Positions 57,073-64,000 of a DNA stretch of 64,000 nucleotides are shown here, piece by piece (the stretch's first letter is position 1; each line of letters opens with the position of its first letter). The stretch is from a virus. The stretch is taken from IMG/VR virus record IMGVR_UViG_3300045988_174665; one strand, given 5' to 3'. The notes below the pieces were generated by a model, which saw nothing but the letters and a program-made list of their open reading frames with translations, made no database searches and was not told where the DNA came from. A program made the position numbers and the translations under genes.

Positions 57073-57600
57073 TTATTCCTCACTTTCTGTAAATGATTTT
57101 TTCAAATCAATATCTTTCATTTTTTGTATTACAAGATTTGCAATCTCATCCTTATCTTCTTCAGTTAAATTATATGGTTGCTGTTCTACTTTTTTAATAG
57201 CTTCCAATAGCATACTGAATTTTTCACTAGCCACTATTTCGTGTCCATCTGTGGCTGGCTCGACTACTAAATTAATACCGCCAACTTTTAAAATATTTCC
57301 TTCGTTTAATATATTTAAATTACCTTTAGCAATTCCACATATATTACTCATAGAAGCAACTATACCAAATTCTATTATACCAAATTTTGCATCTAAAATT
57401 TCACCATTAACCACTTCTTCAGAATTGTCTGGAAGAGTTATGGTATAAGTTAAAGTAGAATTTGATAGGTCAATTGCTCCATTTTTATCTATAATTTGAA
57501 GTCGTGGGTATTTAATTCCACCTTCTCCTTGAATTATTGTATAAAATAATTCATTATCCTTCCATGGGGATACTTTATAAATTTTATTGTAAATTTTCAT
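57073..57600 (-). CDS. BppU-like / tail-fibre-associated protein candidate
   Basis: Start at MKIYNK; position between the fibre genes and the endolysin. Confidence 0.4.
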   Translation of the reverse strand: MKIYNKIYKVSPWKDNELFYTIIQGEGGIKYPRLQIIDKNGAIDLSNSTLTYTITLPDNSEEVVNGEILDAKFGIIEFGIVASMSNICGIAKGNLNILNEGNILKVGGINLVVEPATDGHEIVASEKFSMLLEAIKKVEQQPYNLTEEDKDEIANLVIQKMKDIDLKKSFTESEE

Positions 57601-57724
57601 ATTTATCACTCTTTAGAATTAAATTATATTCTTGTTGAGAAATTAAATTTTTATCAACGGCTTTAATTAAGCTTTCTTTATTAAGTAGACCAAAGATATA
57701 CCATCTTTGTATTTTTTCAAACAT
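57584..57724 (-). CDS. XkdX-like small protein
   Basis: MFEKIQRWYIFGLLNKESLIKAVDKNLISQQEYNLILKSD resembles the XkdX family pattern; below the ORF-track cut-off. Confidence 0.5.
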   Translation of the reverse strand: MFEKIQRWYIFGLLNKESLIKAVDKNLISQQEYNLILKSDKYENLQ

Positions 57725-57865
57725 TTATATTTTCTCCTTTTAAATCTTTCAATTTACTGTCATTCCATCCTGTTACTATTTTTTGTTTATCATGGAAAAA
57801 TAACTTTTTCTATCTACGGATGATGGTTAAACAATTACTAATAGTCTAAACCTACTGAAAAGTCA

Positions 57866-59770
57866 CTATCCGATAAAATCCTTAAAATAATCATAATTAT
57901 CAACTACGCAACGACAAAAAAGTCTTTCATTTGCTTGTGCCATACCAGCGTATAAAGGTGCAGTTGGGTGATTATAAGACTGCCCCGTTTTATAAATACT
58001 GTTTTTAGCATAAAAAGCGTCATCCTTAATGTTTATAAAGGGTATATTGTAATGATTTGCAATATTTTTTATTGCCATAGTAAAACTATCCTCTGTTGCG
58101 TTATAAAGATATGCCATAGACATTAACACAATTTTGGATTTTGGGGCGTGGGTTTTGATTTGTTCGATAATTTTTCCATAATTTCCGTAAAAAGTATCGG
58201 AATAATCGGAATAAGATTTATAATTTGTGATATCTTCAATTGTGCCTAAGTACGAAGTTCCGAGAGAAATTTCATCGTTAATACCTAAAGCACACAGATA
58301 TAATTCTTGTGGTTTCTCTGCAAGCATTTTGACCAGTCCGTGAGAATTGGTAAGCCATGTTCGGGTTGTAAGACCACCTACAGAAAGATTTATGCAGGAG
58401 GCACCGTATTTTCTCGCTAAAATCTGACCCCACGATTTTTGGTAATAATCTGCTACAGTATAACCTTTACTCTGTGAAGCATCAGCAACATAAATTTCGC
58501 CGCTTGAATATGAATCACCTATTACCGCAAATCTCTCGAAAAATCCAAAATCAATTGGAATTTTTTCCTCTACAGTTTCAAGATTGTAGCAATTCTTCTT
58601 AACAAGGAATCCTGTGCCTGTGCCTTGTAGCCTTGTGCCATCAGCAATCCCTGAAAAATCATAATCAAACCGTATAATAGCACCAGATACAACTTTAGAT
58701 AAATCAACAGTTATAGTACCAGTTTCCTCGGTAACTCTTACGCCTTTGATAAGATTTGCTGTTGAGCCTGTATCGTCTGTTGTATAGATGTACAATAAAT
58801 CGGTATCATCACCATTATAATGTCGGTTGAAATTGCTGATGAGTAAACGCGCATCGGTGTGATTCATACCAACTATCTGTACATTGGAAACGATTTTATC
58901 AGCTTTTCCAGTTGATTCAAAATTCGAAACCGCATCTCCTTTGACTTTATTAATTAAATAATTAAGTCTTGTACCACCATAGCACCACTCAGAACAAAGT
59001 ACATACTTATTATTAAATTGCACCTCAGTATCATAAGGAATTTCGTCCCAATTTACTGCCATAGTGATAGTTTTGGCTGAATTGGAGTAAGTTGCGTAAC
59101 CTGTTATATCAGAATCAGCATTAGCATACAGTTGAACAGTCGTTAATGCACCGTTTTCAACTAGGTAAAGGGCAATGAGATTTTTTGAGTGTGTTCGCTT
59201 GATGTAACCTATAGCAATAGCACGTCCATCTGTAACACGAATGTCTTTAATTGCATACATCCATTCATAAGGGTATGTTTCAAAAACCTGTAAACCAAGC
59301 TTTGCTCCATTAGTACCTTCAGCTCCGCCGGTAACAGAAATAACATTATCTTCAATCTTAGTGCCATCACCTGCAATTAATTTATCTTGTTTACCCTCAA
59401 TCTTTTTTGACAGCTCTGACCAAATGGTAGAAGAAGGCTCTAAAGGTTCATTTCCATTTCTATATCCAGAATTTTCAAAACTAAAAGCAACTGATGTGGC
59501 GGTATGGAGGTCGCCGCACACAGCAGAAACCTCCACTTTATTACCATATTGTAAAACTTCCCAAGGGACTTTACACATATTATCATCATCTAAAGTAACC
59601 GAAAAAGGAACTTTTTCTTCAGAAATGAAAATAGCAATAATGGGCTTAACCCAATCATCAGATTCTAGTTCAAAAGAAGCATATAGATAGTCTTTTGAAT
59701 TACTGGCAATAATAGGACAATCTATCAAACTAATTTTTTGTTTATTTAAGCTAAATTTAATTACTTCCAT
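57866..59770 (-). CDS. tail fibre / receptor-binding protein with C-terminal SGNH (GDSL) esterase domain
   Basis: FAVIGDSYSSG (block I), LGINDE (block III), SYNHPT (block V). Confidence 0.65.
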   Translation of the reverse strand: MEVIKFSLNKQKISLIDCPIIASNSKDYLYASFELESDDWVKPIIAIFISEEKVPFSVTLDDDNMCKVPWEVLQYGNKVEVSAVCGDLHTATSVAFSFENSGYRNGNEPLEPSSTIWSELSKKIEGKQDKLIAGDGTKIEDNVISVTGGAEGTNGAKLGLQVFETYPYEWMYAIKDIRVTDGRAIAIGYIKRTHSKNLIALYLVENGALTTVQLYANADSDITGYATYSNSAKTITMAVNWDEIPYDTEVQFNNKYVLCSEWCYGGTRLNYLINKVKGDAVSNFESTGKADKIVSNVQIVGMNHTDARLLISNFNRHYNGDDTDLLYIYTTDDTGSTANLIKGVRVTEETGTITVDLSKVVSGAIIRFDYDFSGIADGTRLQGTGTGFLVKKNCYNLETVEEKIPIDFGFFERFAVIGDSYSSGEIYVADASQSKGYTVADYYQKSWGQILARKYGASCINLSVGGLTTRTWLTNSHGLVKMLAEKPQELYLCALGINDEISLGTSYLGTIEDITNYKSYSDYSDTFYGNYGKIIEQIKTHAPKSKIVLMSMAYLYNATEDSFTMAIKNIANHYNIPFINIKDDAFYAKNSIYKTGQSYNHPTAPLYAGMAQANERLFCRCVVDNYDYFKDFIG

Positions 59771-59781
59771 TCTCCCACCTC

Positions 59782-62700
59782 TTAACTAAATTCATTTATT
59801 TTTCCTTCGGTCTTTTCAACTAACTTATAAGAAAAATCCTTAATTACAAAAGAACAATCCTCATTTGTTGTTAATGGAACAAAACCAACCAATGGTTGTA
59901 TTCTATATAGCTTTAAATCTGGGGCAGACTTACCAAAATCTACTACAAACTTTCTTGTTTCAAATTCCGTTCCTAAAATTGTAGTAGATTTAATTCCTTC
60001 TAGAGTCATTTCTTGGGGCCAACTATAATCACCACTGGTTTTACTATATAAACAGCCCAAGAACATTCCCCATTTCTTAAACTGCTCACTCTTTGCAGTT
60101 AATTGTAGATATAGAACTAAATTACTTTTTTCTTTAAAATGTTCTATATCATCTGAAATTGTTGCTACTAATCTATAGGGGAACTTTTTATATTGTAATT
60201 TACCAACTGTATCTCCACCAGAGAATAAATCATCAATAGTTGCTACACTAGCAGTACAATTAGTTAAATTAATTTTTAATCCCTCGGCAGTGGTTTCTTT
60301 TGAAACGGTGACCGCTCCGGCAACAGGTAAATTATCTTTTAAATTACCACAAGTCTTCATAGAATTATCAATTAAATTACTCCCATTAACAAAAATCTGA
60401 TTAAATGGATTAAATGTATCATATTTTATAATCGAATATTCATTATTATCAGTTGATGCCATTATAGCCCCATAATAGCTGCCTCTATAATCTCTTTGTA
60501 CTAAAAGGTCAGCTTTATTACCTATAGCATAAATGTCTTCAATTTTTACTGATGCATCTTCTACACAATTCCAATCACTACTACTATGAGATGGCATTAA
60601 AGTTCCCTGTATATAATTATTTTTTCCGCCTAAAATTATGCCGTAAGATTTTGAAGTGGTATTGTTATATTTATTGCCAAAAGATTGAAGTCCTGTTATT
60701 ACATTACCAATGCAAGTTGAAGATAAAATAGAGAAGCCACTTCCACCATTTTGTTGGGTTTCTATATTATTAAAAACACCCACATTGGTTTTGTTGTCTA
60801 AGCTTAAACCATCACCTTTATTGCTCCAAGTTTTTAGTCCATTAACTAAAATTCCTCCAGTATTGGTTAAAAAACCTGCTAAATCGTTTTGGCTTGTTTG
60901 AATATTACTAAAAGAACAACCATAACCCCAGTAGTTAATTCCATTGCCACCATTCATACGAGAAGAAAAATTACTAATTTTTTCATCACAGCCGCCTTTA
61001 ATGTAAAGACCATCAGATGGCATCGTTCTTATATCTACATTTTCAATAATACTATTATTACTACTAATTAGGGAAATTCCACGATATTTATAACTACCAG
61101 TCTTAACTCCACTAATCATTAAATCTTTAATAGTAACAAAATTAGCAAAATCATCCCCTGTTGCAGGTTTTACATCAATACAAGCACTTTCTACATCTGG
61201 GCTGCCGCCTCTGGCTAAAATTTTGGTGTTGTTAATACCGTCACCATAAATAATACAAGAGTCAGTAATAGGAATTGAAGTTACTGTATAAGTACCAGAA
61301 GGAAGATAAGCCTTTCCACAACTTTTAATTGCTCTTAATATAGAATTGGTGTCATCTACATCATTAATAGATTTATAACATCTGACATTACCTTCTTCTA
61401 AAATTGGCTTCCAATAAGGTTCAAATTTGGGAATATCTCCGATTTGAGTTATCTTTTGAGATAAAATTGAGAAATTAAAAGATAAATCATATTCACCACG
61501 TGCGGCAACTTGTAATTTTAATTCAATTGGTCTAGTGGATGTAGTATCTATATTAGCTAATCTATTAGCACCAGATTGTGGAACTTGAATCAATTGATAA
61601 GTAATCGGATTAGTAGAAGTACTATATTGTCCCCATAAATAGATATTAATTGTTGCAGGTATTTTATTATTAATAATATTTTGACAAACTACTGTATAAT
61701 CTACGCCTTCTTCAAAAACTTTTATTCCCTCACTAACCGGCAAATAAAAAGTAGTTTGTTTTGAAGGTGTTCCTTTTAAAGAAATGCTGTTATTATTAAC
61801 TTGTAAAGTTACATCATTTACTGTTTGTTTTAAATCTTCTAATCTTACTAAATTACTTGTATTCTTAAAATTATTATAAAATTCTACATTTCTTTCAAGT
61901 TTAAATAATCTTTCTTCAATATTATTTTTTAAAACTTTAGTTTTATCAACAAAAACAATTTTACAGCTAGTATCTATAGTCGCATCAGCAACCAATTTAA
62001 AGCGTAAATATGCCGCCATACCAGTTAGATTACTAATAACTGCGGTCTTAGGGTCTTTATTTAAAGCCAATTCCAAAGAAGATGATATAGTTCCTTTTTT
62101 ATTATTAACTAAAGAAACGGTAACCTTATCGGTAATAATTGGCATATTAGAAATTACATAATTAAAAGTTTTAGAAGCTAAATCTATTGCTTCAATTGGT
62201 ACGAAGACAGAAGTCGTTGAGGTTGCTGCCGTATCGCATTGAATATGAAAAGTATCATTTTCTATTGTTACAGAAAAATTTGGATTAGTAGCACTAAAAT
62301 ATTTACCTTCTACATATCTTAAATCATTACTCTTTTCTTCCAAAACTAAAGATTCTATAGCTTTAGGCTCTCCAAAATCAACTTCATTAAAACTATAAGT
62401 ACTAAAAAGCTTATTATAATCATCACTTAAATTATTTATATAAATAAACTTATTAGGAATTAGAGCGTTTTTCCCAACTCCTAAATTAACAGTATTACCA
62501 CTATTATTTAAGGTGAAATAAGAATTATTACTATTTTGAACTTCTTCTTCAGAAGTTCCATAATTATAATTTATATCTTTAAGCTCTAACTTTCCTACTT
62601 TTGTAATCATTGTAGGGTCAAGAATAATAGCCGAACCAGCTCTAAAATGTCCAATTTGAATATTTTTAAAAGAGATATCTTGATATTCATAAGTCATATT

Positions 62701-64000
62701 ATTAGCATAACCAGACCTTAAAGGACTAGTAACATTATTAATTGTACAATTTTCTATAATAACACTACAAGGTTCGTCTGTATAATAGCTATCGGTTGAA
62801 GATAATCTCTGATTTAAAACTATTCCATTTCCAGTGTAACTTCCATATACAGAAGTTTCTGTTTTATCTAAACCAGATAATTTACAATTATCAATATAAT
62901 TAACTCCATTATCCCAATCTAAAGTTACACAAGAAGTCCCTTTATTTTTTATATTAGAGTCTTTAAGCGTCATATCGCCGTATTGAGCTTCGATTGCCGA
63001 ACCCCGCGCATCAATATCAAGTTGGCATCCTACAATAGTAGTATTTCGTGTTGAGTTCTTAATTCCTCGTTTCGCACAATTACTTATAATACAATTAGAA
63101 ATAATAGTATAAGTTCTTCCATCAAAATTGCCGGTAGTAAGAGGCTTCTGAATTAAATATATTCCATCACCATCTGGTTTTGTATTTCCAGAATTAGTAC
63201 CATTAATGTCTGTAATTATATTTCCTTCAATAATACCATATTTACTCGCTTCTGTGCCACTACTAGATGTACCAATACCTATGGAATGGATATAATTATC
63301 AGTTCCAATAGTACCTGCCGTTACACCCATAATCTGACAATTTCTTACAGAAAAATAAGAACAATCTCGTATAAACATAATACCGGCAGCGAGTTTTGAA
63401 GAAACATTACCCATATTTTCGACTTTAGATTTTTCAACGCTGACATTTTTACAATTAATAAAACTTAATCCTTGAGAAACCTTATGTTTTCCATCAAAAA
63501 TACCGCCTATAATTTTTAAATTGTTACAATTTGTAAATTTAAAAAAGGTAGACTGAACTGTAGTTCCCGTAGAATCAGTCGAATCGGTAGGACTATTATA
63601 ATATATAAATTTTGCATTATTACAAACAATAGTTAAATCATCTACATTTGTTAAAGCAAATCCATTACATTTATATGTTCCCGATGGAAAATAAAGAGTT
63701 TTTCCAGTTAAATTTTTTTCTAAAGATTTAATTGGAGCTAAACTAGTAGCTTTTCCTGTGCCATCTATATTTAAAGCTTTTGTATTATATGGGGTTAAAA
63801 TATTACCATTTAAATCCAATTTAACAGAATTAATCTGAGTATTAACTGTTTCAGCGTCAGCCTTTCCACTAATGCTCGCAGCTAACTCATCAATTCTTTC
63901 AAGTATGTCACTCTTTGCTTCAGGAGGGACAACAGTCTCTCCATTAATGGTTTCTCCGAATTTTATAATAGAAATTGGACTTTTAGCAACTATGACATCA
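59782..64000 (-). CDS. giant tail fibre / depolymerase with two right-handed beta-helix regions (5' end outside the window)
   Basis: The ORF-track M at 63819 is a TTG. The frame stays open to base 64000 (…DVIVAKSPISIIKFGETINGE…). Repeated NC.I.N / I.GN beta-helix-like rungs. Confidence 0.65.
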   Translation of the reverse strand, partial: DVIVAKSPISIIKFGETINGETVVPPEAKSDILERIDELAASISGKADAETVNTQINSVKLDLNGNILTPYNTKALNIDGTGKATSLAPIKSLEKNLTGKTLYFPSGTYKCNGFALTNVDDLTIVCNNAKFIYYNSPTDSTDSTGTTVQSTFFKFTNCNNLKIIGGIFDGKHKVSQGLSFINCKNVSVEKSKVENMGNVSSKLAAGIMFIRDCSYFSVRNCQIMGVTAGTIGTDNYIHSIGIGTSSSGTEASKYGIIEGNIITDINGTNSGNTKPDGDGIYLIQKPLTTGNFDGRTYTIISNCIISNCAKRGIKNSTRNTTIVGCQLDIDARGSAIEAQYGDMTLKDSNIKNKGTSCVTLDWDNGVNYIDNCKLSGLDKTETSVYGSYTGNGIVLNQRLSSTDSYYTDEPCSVIIENCTINNVTSPLRSGYANNMTYEYQDISFKNIQIGHFRAGSAIILDPTMITKVGKLELKDINYNYGTSEEEVQNSNNSYFTLNNSGNTVNLGVGKNALIPNKFIYINNLSDDYNKLFSTYSFNEVDFGEPKAIESLVLEEKSNDLRYVEGKYFSATNPNFSVTIENDTFHIQCDTAATSTTSVFVPIEAIDLASKTFNYVISNMPIITDKVTVSLVNNKKGTISSSLELALNKDPKTAVISNLTGMAAYLRFKLVADATIDTSCKIVFVDKTKVLKNNIEERLFKLERNVEFYNNFKNTSNLVRLEDLKQTVNDVTLQVNNNSISLKGTPSKQTTFYLPVSEGIKVFEEGVDYTVVCQNIINNKIPATINIYLWGQYSTSTNPITYQLIQVPQSGANRLANIDTTSTRPIELKLQVAARGEYDLSFNFSILSQKITQIGDIPKFEPYWKPILEEGNVRCYKSINDVDDTNSILRAIKSCGKAYLPSGTYTVTSIPITDSCIIYGDGINNTKILARGGSPDVESACIDVKPATGDDFANFVTIKDLMISGVKTGSYKYRGISLISSNNSIIENVDIRTMPSDGLYIKGGCDEKISNFSSRMNGGNGINYWGYGCSFSNIQTSQNDLAGFLTNTGGILVNGLKTWSNKGDGLSLDNKTNVGVFNNIETQQNGGSGFSILSSTCIGNVITGLQSFGNKYNNTTSKSYGIILGGKNNYIQGTLMPSHSSSDWNCVEDASVKIEDIYAIGNKADLLVQRDYRGSYYGAIMASTDNNEYSIIKYDTFNPFNQIFVNGSNLIDNSMKTCGNLKDNLPVAGAVTVSKETTAEGLKINLTNCTASVATIDDLFSGGDTVGKLQYKKFPYRLVATISDDIEHFKEKSNLVLYLQLTAKSEQFKKWGMFLGCLYSKTSGDYSWPQEMTLEGIKSTTILGTEFETRKFVVDFGKSAPDLKLYRIQPLVGFVPLTTNEDCSFVIKDFSYKLVEKTEGKINEFS

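Overview
AT-rich genome segment of a tailed dsDNA phage. The CHAP endolysin, XkdX-like and BppU-like genes and the TTGACA-17-TATAAT promoters suggest a low-GC Gram-positive-type host. No integrase, rRNA or CRISPR was seen. All RNA and repeat coordinates were derived by hand and may be off by a few nt.

Layout:
- 1-15.4 kb (minus): late structural operon. Order is possible small terminase, TerL, portal, scaffold/protease-like, MCP, connectors, two paralogous tail tube proteins, then a tape measure protein running off base 1.
- 16.7-26.5 kb (plus): about 20 small early genes in self-contained cassettes (promoter, AAAGAAAGG RBS, gene, intrinsic terminator). The cassettes are separated by 13 copies of a conserved tripartite TTTAGACG/CGTCTAAA inverted-repeat element.
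- 26.4-28.7 kb: non-coding zone with two iteron-like arrays around a winged-helix gene (putative origin), followed by a strand-asymmetric low-complexity tract.
- 28.8-45.2 kb (minus): accessory genes. These include Zn-ribbon mini-proteins with a Lar-like protein, an HNH endonuclease, two metallophosphatases and an RNA-repair set (P-loop kinase-HD, nucleotidyltransferase, RNA ligase).
- 45.3-53.5 kb (minus): RNA island with 13 canonical tRNAs, 5 aberrant tRNA-like genes and unusually long ORF-free structured spacers.
- 53.5-64 kb (minus): repeat protein, endolysin and tail fibre/depolymerase genes; the last ORF runs off the window end.

Most interesting: inside the RNA island, seven covarying hairpin RNAs share a GGCU...UCAUCCUUCUA signature. 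One of them carries a circularly permuted, acceptor-capped tRNA-like domain. They flank a 759-aa protein with a C-terminal TerD-like domain. I interpret this as a candidate phage Ro60/Y-RNA-like RNP; that reading is inference, not demonstrated.
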